Source: Octopus sinensis (lineage: Eukaryota). From it: a stretch of DNA of 64,000 nt. Positions 50,151 through 63,254 of this stretch are shown here, in pieces. The stretch covers positions 1-64,000 of the forward strand of contig NW_021836150.1 in NCBI RefSeq assembly GCF_006345805.1, in the 5' to 3' direction. Position numbers and translations under genes: made by a program. Under the pieces are notes generated by a model. The model made no database searches, was not told the DNA's origin, and saw only the letters and a list, made by a program, of their open reading frames with translations. Every line of letters begins with the position of its first letter. Within the stretch, counting starts at the first letter, position 1.

Positions 50151-50596
50151 GGAGAGATAAGCTAACAAAAGCCCCTTTATTCTGTCTTCCTACATAGCCT
50201 GTACATAAACTAACAGCGAATGTTGTATAAAGTTAAATTGGTATGGAACTTTCTGAAAGATACATACAGCTTTCACCAGTGGAAGCAAAACTATTATTTA
50301 AAGGTTGATTTTTTTGGGACGAATCATATGTGATTGTTTGGAAAAGGCTAGAATGACAATGCTAAAACATATTTGAAACAATGGACAACAGTCGAAATAT
50401 CATAATGGATGGGTAAATAAGCATCCTTAAAGTGAAACAACGCATTGGTAGGTTAGCAATGGTATCAACAAATAGAAGAGAGGGAAGGGAACATCACTTT
50501 TCAAGTAACTCAGAATAGGTAAGGTAAGCCTGCTAAAGTTTAATGCAGTTTAAATATGGAGATTAAGATTGTTTGGTATTGGATATTCATCACGTA

Positions 50597-51190
50597 CAGT
50601 GTTCCTAGTCAATTTGATCACCATGGCAGGTGGGCAGTCAAAATAAATAAATAGACAAATCCTTTCACTTTTATAAAAAGATTAAAAAAATATGAAATAC
50701 CCTACATACAAAAAATATGTCCATTTAGGTACTTTTACACGGGAGATCTGGACAAAATGTTTAGTGCATGACCATCCTTGGGACATAAGTAATGTGTGTG
50801 TAAAATTTGGTGAAAATCGGTTGAGAATTGTGGAAATGTATGCATTCAGTATTCCTAGTCAATTTAATCACCATTGCTGGTGGACAGTGGAAATAAATAG
50901 ACAAAATCCTTTCACTTTTATAAAAAGATTAAAAAAAGTATGAAAGAGCAGCTGATTAAAGCAAATGAATAGGAATCATTTATTGTTGGTTTCCCATTGC
51001 TCTAGAAGCCCCAATATAGAGTTTTTAAAATCTAAGTAGCCTATGTTTGGGTCTAGGATATGAAGCAGCTGTGTATAATTTTTTTAAGAAATCAGATGAA
51101 AGATGTAGAAGTTATTGAGGTACATTAAATTTTTGTACACACATGCACAAACACACAGAAAACTAATTTTATAGATATTAGATTAGATTA
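50597..51190 (+). mobile_element. Helitron/Helentron-like non-autonomous fragments with a ~100-bp direct repeat
   Basis: Motifs gtgtgtaaaatttggtgaaaatcggttgag and aagtagcctatgt..acacacagaaaactaattttatagatattagat (Lep1-like). 50597-50697 repeats at 50847-50945. Confidence 0.5.
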
Positions 51191-52170
51191 GCTATACATA
51201 TACATATGTATAGCCCCTCTATGGGAATCAGCTACCAAATACAGCAGGAATTCTCCTTTTACTGGATATACATGTGAAAATTCATTAATATACACAGAAT
51301 TCATATCAAAAATTATTAATACAAGATGGAAGAAACAGATTTTAATCTGAATCACTCACAATTGTTTTTGTGTGTTAGTATCAGTTGGTAATTACTGAGT
51401 GCTTCACGCATTATACACATTCTTGCATTAATATGATCCAACAATATGTGTACCTGCAAATATTCAGGTGAATGGGCTTCCAGTGCACTACTGGATCACC
51501 TATAGTTTCCCATTGTTTTATACCTATATACTATTTTTAGCATTCTAATGACAAAGAGTGACACAGAAATACAAAGAGATAAAAAGATAAAAATGTCAAA
51601 AACAAATTGATAGAAAAACAATCAAAAACATAAAATATGAAATAAACAGGCAAAAATAAATCAATGGAAATCAAAAATCAAAAATGTGCAATGTAAAATG
51701 AACAAATCCCTTATTTAGTCCATTCTCAAGCACAGACATATCTCGACTTTTAAGAAGATAGATGAACACCCTAAGATTATAAAGTTGCAAATATATAGGC
51801 TGGAAGAATTCCTTATTTCTTGTGTTTGTAAGCATTCTACTTCAAAGGAAATCATTGAAGGAATGATGATTATAATGGGAATAAAGAAAGCTAACTCTAA
51901 CTTAAATTCCAATCTGCATAGCTCTATATCTTTAGTTACATCAATCTGTTGTTTACTTAAGCATGACAACAATTATGCTAACCTAATAAGCTTAATAAAG
52001 GTCACATCTTATAGTTTACTCTGGAGTTCAGATTACATGTAGCATCTAACATTACTAAAGAATTATTCTCCACATTAGATAGACATTTCCCTTAATCCTG
52101 TAGATACTATAAAATTTTTAACAGGCATATGATGAAACTGTCCTATGTGATGTCAAATGACCTCAAATAT

Positions 52171-52583
52171 ACTCTTTTCTCTTTTACTCTTTTACTTGTT
52201 TCAGTCATTTGACCGTGGCCATGCTGGAGCACCGCCTTTAGTCGAGCAAATCGACCCCGGGACTTATTCTTTGTAAGCCTAATACTTATTCTATTGGTCT
52301 CTTTTGCCGAACCGCTAAGTGACGGGGATGTAAACACACCAGCATCGGCTGTCAAGCAATGCTAGGGGGACAAACACAGACACACAAACACACACACATA
52401 CATATATATATACATATATACGACAGGCTTCTTTCAGTTTCCGTCTACCAAATCCACTCACAAGGCATTGGTCGGCCCGGGGCTATAGCAGAAGACACTT
52501 GCCCAAGGTGCCATGCAGTGGGACTGAACCTGGAACCATGTGGTTGGTTAGCAAGCTACTTACCACACAGCCACTCCTGCGCC
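52171..52583 (-). mobile_element. SINE family A, young full-length copy
   Basis: Reverse complement of family A with CpGs largely intact. Confidence 0.92.
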
Positions 52584-52909
52584 TATAAACTTCACAATAG
52601 GAAGCTGAATCTAGTAATTGCAAATTCTAAAAATACCTTCCAGAATAGCACGGGTGCAGAAAGGAGGAAAAGACCATAATGATGGACGGCAAAATCATGG
52701 TAGTCCAAATGATCCTCATATAAGCAGAAACATCAACTTTAGCATAGATAATATGAGTAACAGCAGGAGTGTTGTAAATATTAATGATAAAAATACTGAA
52801 AATGACAGTAATGAGAACAATGAAAACAAAAATAGTAACAATAACAACAATAATAATTCCACTTAGAAGAATATCACAAAGGATGACCTGGTTAAAAACA
52901 GTGATATAA

Positions 52910-53374
52910 AAATGCAATTGTAGGGATAAGAAAGCATGTCCTTTGGCAAACAAGTGTTTGCATAAGAAAATTATATGCAAATTTACTGTAAGAACAGGTG
53001 CACATGTATATGCATATATAGGTGCAACAAGTGACAGCTTCAAGTGTCACTGATGGAACCACACAGTGTCATTTAAGAACAGCTGCAAAAGACAATGCAT
53101 ATCACTCATGGACCTTATATGGAAACTCAAAGACACAATACAGCATGACTGGAGAGTAATACGAAATGCATACCCATATAATGCATACTCCAAAGCATGT
53201 AACTATTGCTTGAAAGAAACACTAGAAATAGTATTATGCAATGATAACTTCATCAACAAGCACTTTGAAATTAATTTAATATGTTACCACCGACTTAAAA
53301 GTTCATTTCTGGAATTTAGAAAGAATATGTGGTATTTAACATTATATCAATCCTTTATTTACTATAAAATGTAA
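52910..53374 (+). mobile_element. Penelope-like element GIY-YIG endonuclease relic
   Basis: KCNCRDKKACPLANKCLHKKII..YAYIGATSDSFK(C)H*WNH..IWKLKD..W..PYN..CNYCLKE..NK..CYHR. One in-frame stop (53051-53), no frameshift; YIG at 53015-53023. Confidence 0.9.
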
Positions 53375-53646
53375 TTATAGTATTTTGTTTTCTTTTCATC
53401 TTTGTTAGTATGATTATATTGTTGTTTACGTAAATTATACAATTTCATAATAATTTATATGTATGATTATTTAGTGTTATGAATCTGTTATTTACTCAGA
53501 AATGCAATTATGAGACTTCATTATCATTATTAGTATGTTTAAATTGTTGTTTACCTAAATTGTATGCTGATATATGAAGAGAGAGAGAGAATATGCTACC
53601 AGCATAACTAAGTGATAAGTTAAGGCTTAATCATAATTAGGAGAGA

Positions 53647-54410
53647 CTATAGAGACTTTGCATAACAGGCATAAGTGGAGCAAAATTTGTGCCTATATGA
53701 AAAGATTATATTGAAGAATCTTTTATGGTGGTGAAGGATAGTGAGCGATTCCCTTGAACACAATTTACAAACATGGTGGTTAATATTGTATGGTGAAATC
53801 TCATAAACAATGGACCAGGATAAGGTATTGGGAATGGGACTTGAGTTTGTGTAGAGAGTTGAGTTAGAAAGTGTGGGGGCTTGATTTGAAAATGAATTCA
53901 TGTGAACCCAGTAGTGATGCTTGAAATCAATAATGCTTCAAGCATAAATGCTAGCCTGGTTGGAACATAGTGATATTACCTGGCATTTATATACGACACA
54001 ATGGTATAAACAAAAATGATCGAATGGACAAAATTGGGAGCGTTGGGAGTTGTAGGTTTTCCTACTAATGGTGGGCTTAGGATTGATCCCTATTCTGGTT
54101 TGGCTCCTATGACCTGTTTCCTCAACGAAGGACCAGAGGTGTTATAATTACCAGTGTTGGGCTGGAAGAGGGCATGTGGTCAGGTTGTTAGTATCAGGGG
54201 TGTTGTTATTGTAGTATTATCAGATGGGTTGAGGAAGTGTCCAGGAGGATAGATCATAAAGCCCACTACAAGGAGGCTTAGTTTGTGCCTATAAGAGGAA
54301 GCAATTATAGTTCCCAAGTTTCGTGTTGTAGAATAGATTTTAATCAAAATTTTATTAAAGATGGAGTAGTATTTGTGTTATGGTGGAAAACTGGAGCCCA
54401 GGATTTCTTG
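53647..54410 (-). mobile_element. second Penelope-like relic (RT-thumb/linker + GIY-YIG EN), convergent with the first
   Basis: Minus strand: FPP*HKYYSIFNK..YSTTRNLGTII..; CPFDHFCLYHCVVYKCQV; LSWSIVYEISPYN..CKLCSRESLTIL..YRHKF. Confidence 0.85.
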
Positions 54411-54463
54411 TATAAGTAAAGATATAGCCTGAAGAGAGAATAGTTGTGTGCACAATAAGATCT

Positions 54464-54504
<41 letters not shown>

Positions 54505-55799
54505 GGGGGAAAAGAAAAGTTATGTGGAGGTGGTAGAGAAAAAAGTGGAAGTGAAAGCCAGATAAATGCAGAGATATAAAGGAGAAAACATAGGGATAAG
54601 GGAAACACAGAGTGAGAGAAACAGAGATACAGAATGATGGAGAGAGAAACTTATAGCTAGAAAGCAATACAATGGGTCAGGCAGAGACACCTCAATGACA
54701 GCGATAAAAATTCAACCGGATTCCAAACACATGTTAATAAAATTTATCATTAGATACTGGGAAGAGACATTCTAAAGAAAGAACCTTCGTTTCTCTTCCC
54801 TTGAACCTGGCCAGAATAAAACATGACAAAATTCCCCACACTTTGTTATGTACTTACCTTAACCCAAGCACTAACCTAAATAAGCTGTTTTCATAAAATG
54901 TAAACAAACTTAACATTCCAAAATTTCCTATATTTGATATTTTCAGCAAACTACAAAATTGCATACAAATGAAACGTTCATTCAAGTTCAATATACAGAG
55001 TTTGTATTATGAGAGAAATGCAGTTGGATGTAGAGATCTAATCATATTCACTCAGCCATATGTTGATCCTTTGACAATGGTTATATTCACTCAACCACAT
55101 GCTGATCGAACGAAAGGCATATTTTATGTACAGTACACTGACAGTAATATATTTCAGTCAGAGACCACCTAAATTTCAGTTAAATCCTATCTAATCACAA
55201 GTCTTCAAGGTTCTCTAGGAGCTGAGTTAATCACACGTTAACAAGCCAATGCCATCTTGTAATATAGATTCTCAGGTAATGTGTGTGTGTGAATATATAT
55301 ATATATAGTTCAAATTGACAGAAAACATGACAAAACACAGGTGAGGGAACAACAACCAGGTGTATATATATGCATTTATATACAAATATATGTATATAGA
55401 TATGTGTATGTATGCATGTATATATATTCTTTATAACTTTGTTAGGGCATCCTTCTATGAGAAGGTAACTCAGGTAACTGGGATAACTCCGACATAAAAC
55501 CTGCGGCTCAGTGGTTACTGATGATGTTGACTTGTTCTTTTCGGATTATGGCTGCTGTTGCTTAGTGAGTGGGATTGACTCAGTGCACAGCCTTTCCTCA
55601 CTTTAAAAAAAATCTTCTTGTACAGGCATTGCACGATAACAATTTTGTTCATGATTGTTGATAGTGCTGTGAGTCTCAACTGAATGGCTGGCTGTAGCCT
55701 TAAAAAGCAAATAAAAGTCACATTCGATCACAGCACCAATAACAGTTAAGCTTCATGCAATGGCCATACTCGATAATGAGGGGGCAGCCATCATCATAT

Positions 55800-56170
55800 T
55801 CTTTATATCATTACTTGTTTCATTCATTTGACTGCAGCCATGCTAGAGCACTGCTTTAAAGGGTTTTAGTCAAAGAAATTGACCCCAGGACTTACTCTTT
55901 GTAAGCCTAGGACTTATTCTATCAGTCTCTTTTGCCAAACCACTCCATTACAGAGATGTAATCACACCAACATTGGATGACAAATGATGGCAGGGGGAAA
56001 AACACACAAACATACAATGGGCTTCTTTCAGTTTCTGTCTACCAAATCCACTCACAAGGCTTTGGTCAGCCCAAGGCTATAGTAGGAGACACTTGCCCAT
56101 GCCAGGGGACAGAGCCCAGAACCATGTGTTTGAGAAGCAAGCTTCTTACTACATAGCCATGCCTGCACCT
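55800..56170 (-). mobile_element. SINE family A, older copy
   Basis: Reverse-complement match to the family A head and tail. Confidence 0.8.
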
Positions 56171-56307
56171 ATGAATATATAATATATACATATATGTGTA
56201 TATATACACGCACTGTCCCATTTTTTGTATTCCTTTATATATATATATGCATATGTACATGCATATATATGTATATACATATATGTATGTATATACATAT
56301 ATGCGTG

Positions 56308-56356
<49 letters not shown>

Positions 56357-56369
56357 TACACACACACAC

Positions 56370-56800
56370 ATATATCATCATCGTCATTAATGTCCATTTT
56401 CCATGCTGGCATGGGTTGGACGGTTCGACTGGGGTCTGGGAAGCCAGGAGGCTGCACCAGGCTCAAGCCAGATACATACACACTCACACATATTTACATA
56501 TATATATATATGTAAAAACCACCAACCGATCGTGGCCATTGCCAGCGTCCCCTGGCACCTGTGCATGAATAGTCACAGTCCAAGTCAGTCCTTATTTGGT
56601 GTTACTGATGAGTTGGGAGAGGGAACCATGTCTTCCTCATATATTCCATCTTCACAGTTGTAATGACTGGATGCCCTTCCTAACATCAACTACTTTACAG
56701 AGTGTACTAAGTGCATTTCATTGCGGCATCGGCACTAAGGTAGTTGTCTTGTCCACAGCAAAACTACAGGGTCCTCTCTACTGTACATTGCTCTTTTGCT
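56370..56800 (-). mobile_element. family B / RTE 3'-end fragments broken by microsatellites
   Basis: catcatcgtcattaatgtcc..gggttggacgg and ggatgcccttcctaacatcaactac blocks. Confidence 0.7.
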
Positions 56801-57429
56801 AAGCACTTTACAGACTATTAAATGCAGTGTATTATAATACTAGCACTAAAGATATTGTCTTGTCCCCAGCAACACTAAAGAATCTTCTGTATTCAACATT
56901 ATCTGAATTCATTCAAGGCAGTATGACTGACAAGATGAGTAAATGAGTTAGGGATAGAAGAGTGATTACACTAAGGGGGAAGGGGTACAAGCCAGAAAGG
57001 GAAGTAGAGGAGGTAGTAATAGAAGAGAGACAGTGATAGGAAGCTACATTTGGTTGTTAGTAAGGAGAATGAATAGAAAAACAGTAGGAGTAGAGTGATG
57101 GGGAAAGAGAGACAGAGTGATCAGAAAAAGAGTAACAGAAAAGAGAAAAGAAGTGTAATGGGAGAGAGATACTTATATATGTCAACAACAAATGATACAG
57201 AAAGTAATGTGTGGGAGTGATGGATAGGAAAAAAAAGACGGATGAAGGTAAGAGAGAATGATGTATCTCAGTAAGGATAAGTGATTGTAAGAGAGACTGA
57301 TGGATGTCAATACAAGTAATAAGGAATTAATGCTTCAAAATAGATTTTCTTTCTAAGAAGAAAACTCACAAAATCTTTTGCTGTATATCTTGCATGATAG
57401 TGAAACAGTGAAAATAGAATGAGACAGAT

Positions 57430-57800
57430 AGCATAATATCCACAACTGAATGAAAAAGTTAGAAAGAATAAATATTAAAGATACATTTGACCAACTTTTA
57501 AAGCAGAAATGTTAATAATAAAATAGGAGACATCAAAGCTTTGGTTGTTCCACTAATATGCTACTGTTACAACGAACTAAACTGGAATTAAGTGGAGAAA
57601 ATAGATAGATAAATCAAGAAAGTAAGAGCAGACACCAAGAAAATATTGATTATGAACAGAAGAAGGCATGAAACCACTGCAATTAGAAAGTTATTTATAA
57701 AATAGCTTCTGTAGGATCAGAAAAATTATCTAATAAAGAATAGCAGCAAACCAATGGTAAGGAAAACACAACATAATGACAAAAGATATACAATTTATGC
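57430..57800 (+). mobile_element. decayed R4/NeSL-like non-LTR retrotransposon fragment
   Basis: IKALVVPLICYCYNELNW..KVRADTKKILIMNRRRHETTAIRKLF resembles INTxAVPVIxY..LDRKTRKLLTM..HPKxDVxRLY. Confidence 0.45.
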
Positions 57801-58466
57801 ATCCTCAGTAGTATAAACAGGAACTGAAGCACCAGATTACTGTAATGAAAATGAAGATTCTACAATACAAAAGATAAAAATCTTGATAAAAAAAAATCTT
57901 ACCAAAACCTCTTCATAGTCAATATCAGAAGAAAAGACTGTGGAGTGGAAGTAGATTAGTATGCCCAAGGCTGGAAGCTAAGACCAATCGGCATGCTAAA
58001 TTGAAAACACTGATATTTATTTCCTTTCTCTAAGTCTATGAAACCTATATTATTTATTGAAGAATTCTAGATAAAACAAAACTGTTATTACTTATATCTT
58101 TTGAAGAAGACTTCATTCCTATGGACACTTTTACTAAATCTTGTTATTTACCCATTTTATTGCTTTGAATGTAATAAATATATCTCCAAGTTCACAGCTT
58201 CCATTTTCATTGAGTTGATGGATAGAATAGAAGATATAATTTTGTCACATGTTGACAACTAAATGTTTAGCATATTGCACTTGGACACAAAGTAGTTAAT
58301 AAACTACTTAAGGAAATTTCTAAAATAATAACAAAAAGAACAGCTTATCAGAAATGATACTGTATTAATAATTTCAGATAATTTTTTTCTTTTAATGGTT
58401 TAGTCAGAGGAGAAATGGAAATGTCCATTACCTTAGAAGAGCCTCCAAGATTGGAGATAGATTAAA

Positions 58467-58497
<31 letters not shown>

Positions 58498-59865
58498 AAA
58501 AAAAAACTGATTTGTTTTACTATAGTATGAAGTAGTACATCAAGATATTGATATGTACTGAGGCGAGAGTACTTGGTTCAAATGCTTGCTAAAGGTGCCT
58601 AAAGGCCAGGTTAAACCAGCTTACAGCTTAATTTCAAATTAGAAAATAAAACCGTTCTAAAACATTTATTTTACTAACTGTAAAATAATAGTCATCTCAT
58701 ACATTTTTGATGATTCATTTGGGAATAATTTTGAAAACTTAAAGAAATAAAATTTCATTTCTATGTATGTAGGGACATGTAGTAGAATCCTGCTAGACAA
58801 ACCACTTTCAGTTTACTTTCAAGATTTCTGTTCTAATCTCACACGAGATTATTTTAACTTTAATTTCTACAGAATTAAAATGTTAATCCAGTCAGTCAAC
58901 TATAATTACAACTTTATTTAAAATTGGCCCTGAGACTATTTCAAAGAAATCTTTATGATAAATCAAATAAAAATTTAACTAGCATTTCTAACCAGATAAA
59001 AGGTATTACACACACACACACACACACACTTGTATGCATGATGATGCAGTGAAACTATAAGACCACTTGTATAGGTAATGTTTTGAAAATGTTCCAAAAG
59101 TTTTTCTTAATCAGCTTTTTTTCAAAACACTGGAACAGTTGTCTTTGATAATGCGGCTGATATGTTACTTCTGGTGTTAGTTTTACTACTTTCCTACAGA
59201 AAAGTATGATATTTTTTCTTTCAATTTCAATAGTCTTCTACAGATAAGTTTTAGCAACAAAACCTTTCTCATAAAACCCAGTTTACATTTATTGTCTTAT
59301 TATTCCAAGTTGTTATGCCACAGAAATACAAATAAACACCATAAACAGCAGCTACATTCATTAATGGTTAAGGCAGCATATTTACTGCTTTTGTCTTTCA
59401 TCTTTAAAAGATGTCTCAAACTTTTCAAATAAGGTAAAAATATAAAACAATGAGGAAAAATATTATTAACTTTTTGTGTTTTCTTTCTCCATTTGCATTA
59501 ATGTGCAGTGATTGCAATACTCTTGCAACTTAACAGTTTTTAATTAATAGAAACCCTGCCGACAACTCTGTTTCTACTTTGTCATTTTCTGTGTCTGTGT
59601 GTGTGTGTGTGTGTATGTGTATGTTCTTAAGTCAGTGATGTGTGGGATGAATGAAATAAAAGAGAAGAGTTAGTGAACCTTGCCAATGTTTGGTTAACTG
59701 CAGAGGATAAAGAAATTAAAAGTCTCCAACACTTAGCACCATGCAGTGCTTAGTCAGTTGTAAGACGTCATGCTTGCTTCACACCATTGCTTGCAGTGAC
59801 CTCCATTCAACGAACCCACACAGTTTCAGGTTGAAAGTTACACAAATAAAATTCTACTGGCAGTT

Positions 59866-59906
<41 letters not shown>

Positions 59907-61835
59907 CCTCCCTTTTCTGTTTCTCATAGAAACAGTGCAAATGCTGTACAGTTACTTCACACATGACTACAAAGCATGGTTTATGATTAAAAAAAGGAAA
60001 AAAAAAACCCATCTGTAATGGTTTTATAAACTAAAAACATCGTGATCAGTTTTTGACAAGGAAAAGCTCAATTATTCATAGTTTTTTTTTTTTCTTCTTT
60101 CCGGAAACACTAATTCCACTCCCATGTAATAGATATAAGTATAACAGCATATTTCCCTTTAAATAGTGCAATAGTGAATTTTTATTTGGCACCAGTCTAC
60201 AAACATTCTGTAACTAATCACATCTGATTGATCACATGGCGAAAATTAAAAAAATAGTCTTTACATCTCACATTTTCCAACCATTCCAATCAATCTTTAT
60301 TACAAAATCACAACCCCTCTTCTTTCTCATTCTCTATTTTTCTCTCCCTGTGTTTGTATTGCAATGCACACACACACACACACACACGCACACACAAATT
60401 CACAGTATTATACACATTGTTTATATTGAGAAACTGTAATTGAGAAATCCCAGCAGGGGTTAGGCTTTTCAAGTGATGGGTAGCCAAGAGTGGTAGCTTA
60501 ACACCAACAGTGTTTATGCAATAAAGAAATGCTCAGTTGAGTTTTTACAATCAGCTTATTGAAGTCTAACATCCTGGTGGCAGAATTAGCATTTTTATGA
60601 CTGACTGCTATCACTGTGAACTGCGTATAGGAGCTGAAACGGGTCATTGAAAAATAGAATGTGGTTCTAAAAGGGGAGGAAATTATTTGCACCCATCAAT
60701 GCATTAACAACTTTTTTATTGTAGAGCAAACATAATATTTCAGTTTGCTTTGCTTTATCCAGTTTGAGCAAAGGACAAAAAGAAAAGATGGTTGGGGGGT
60801 GGGGGATTAAATATTGGCAGCAATGTTCAGTATAAAAGAATCAGGAAGTAGGAGTGGTTCTGGAAATATTAACAGCTGTAGACAGTTAATTTATAGTTTC
60901 ATATGAGAATTTCTGGGAATTAATTTCTAGCATATATTGGATAACATACAAATACTTCCTTAATAGAAAAGTTTTATTTTGTATACATCGATGTTGTGCA
61001 CCAGAGAGAGAAAGAGAGAGTGTGTGTGTGTGTGTGTGTGTGTACAATTTCATAGATATATTTGTATGTATAGAAGTCATTGTAATTAAACAGAGATGTA
61101 TCTATATATCTAAGCATTTATATGTAAGCCACACTCTAAATATATGTCCGTACAAACACATGCACACGCCTATGTGAATACATTTTTAGTTATGTATGAA
61201 AGTCAGGATATATATCTAACTTTATGAAACTACTTTTATACACACACACATATATTGTAATGTAAGTAGTGCAAACATTACATGGGATAGAACGCAATAC
61301 ATTAGGTAGAGTGGATAGATGTGTTATTATATCAATACTTGACAGTCTATTCATCCTGGGACGACACTCTGAGTAGATTGTCAACTTTTGATATAATAAA
61401 CATTATGCACACACATCCAACGGTCATAGTAATGTTTCCATATGCAATATAGTTTCAAAAGCCATACATAATAGGAGAAATTTCAAACTTCACTAATCTA
61501 TTGATGAGGTATAGAAACATTTGATAGTCCCTTCCTCCCTTAATTAAATGAATCACATAGAACTGCTTTTTGATTAGTACAACCAATTTAAGTGATTCCT
61601 ATATTTGTTTGATGGGAAATATCCATGGAGCTACAGGCAAGAGCCTTTTTGAAAGTATTTCCATTCAGATAAGGATATAATCCTTGCAGAAAAGGATTAA
61701 CATAGCATTCTGCAATAATATTAAATGAGGATCTTGGATAACTTCATTAGAAATAAAAACGTTTTATACTTAGGCTAAAATAAATTAAATGTTGTCATAC
61801 TCTTAGATTTTATTGAAGTATTAGCAATATAGGTG

Positions 61836-62571
61836 AAGGCACGTGACTTAGTGGTTAGGGCATTCGACTCATGATCCTAAGGTCATGAGTTCAATTCCTG
61901 GTGGCGTGTTGTGTCATGGAACAAGACACTTTATTTCAGGTTGCTCCAGTCTACTCACCTGGCAAAAATGAGTTGTACCTGTATTTCAAAGGGCCAGCCT
62001 CGTCACACTCTGTGTCATGCTGAATCTCCCTGAGAACTACATTAAGGGTACACGCGTCAGTGGATTGCTCAGCCACTTGCACTCTTTACTCTTTTACTTG
62101 TTTCAGTCATTTGACTGCGGCCATGCTGGAGCACCGCCTTTAGTCGAGCAAATCGACCCTGGGACTTATTCTTTGTAAGCCCAGTACTTATTCTATCAGT
62201 CTCTTTTGCCGAACTGCTAAGTAACGGGGACATAAACACACCAGCATCGGTTGTCAAGCAATGCTAGGGGGACAAACACAGACACACAAACATACACACA
62301 CACATATATATATATACATATATACGACAGGCTTCTTTCAGTTTCCGTCTACCAAATCCACTCACAAGGCTTTGGTCGGCCCGGGGCTATAGCAGAAGAC
62401 ACTTGCCCAAGATGCCACGCAGTGGGACTGAACCCGGAACCATGTGGTTGGTTAGCAAGCTACTTACCACACAGCCACTCCTGTGCCTTAATTTTATGTT
62501 AATTTTATGAGCAAACTGTTCCGTTGATCGTACCAGCTGGGACCCTTGTCGTCGTAACCGACGGAGTGCTC
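61836..62571 (+). mobile_element. SINE family D (tail type 1) interrupted by a young family A copy (62081-62487, minus)
   Basis: D head GTGACTTAGTGG..GAGTTCAATTCC; the D body resumes after the A copy at ttaattttatgagcaaactgttccg. Confidence 0.88.
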
Positions 62572-63187
62572 CTTTAGCAATATAAAAGCTTTTTAATGCA
62601 TCATTGCTTTTGTTCTGTAATGCTACATGCAATTTTCCAGAAAATACATAGGTAGATTTTTGTTGAAGTAAATTTTTTTTACAGGTAGATGCATTTCCAG
62701 CTATTAACTAGTAAGAAATGAAACATTTGATAACAAGAAAGATAGAGAGGGGTAAAAGTGCAACATAATGGTTGTAGTTGTAATTTTTTAACTCATTTCT
62801 ATGTAGATAGCAGTCCAATAAATTATCTTTACAGCCATTTAAAAAATTTTTTAGCTTAAGCAAAGAGACATTTAGAATATCATAAGCATAAATTGGTAAT
62901 TGTTTGAGGCATGAATAAAAGGAAATAAAAGAGAAACAACCCCGAGACAATCAGATACAGGAAAACAATAAATCTGATTTGTCAGTTCAGAAGAATATAA
63001 ATATTAACAAAGAAGTGAAATCATGCCTTTCGTTAATGGGAAGATTGGTTAAAAATCCAGAAAAGTACAACACCACAGGAATAAAAATAAAGATCCATAT
63101 ACAAAAACAGCACATTACTGACAATAAAATTAATATCTATACACACACACGTATATATAGACATATACACAGACATACACACACAAA

Positions 63188-63254
<67 letters not shown>

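Noticed and set aside
54858-54950. Strong minus-strand donor (AAG/GTAAGT) in the phase needed upstream of exon 48982-49058
   Set aside because: The upstream frame is AT-rich and not protein-like, with no clear acceptor; left unassigned.
56930-57330. Purine-rich tract (also 54450-54660)
   Set aside because: Looks like decayed (GA)n simple repeat; no specific structure or coding signal.
60498-60692. Minus-strand ORF with a plausible acceptor in SINE-poor DNA
   Set aside because: No convincing donor in the required phase and no recognisable motif.
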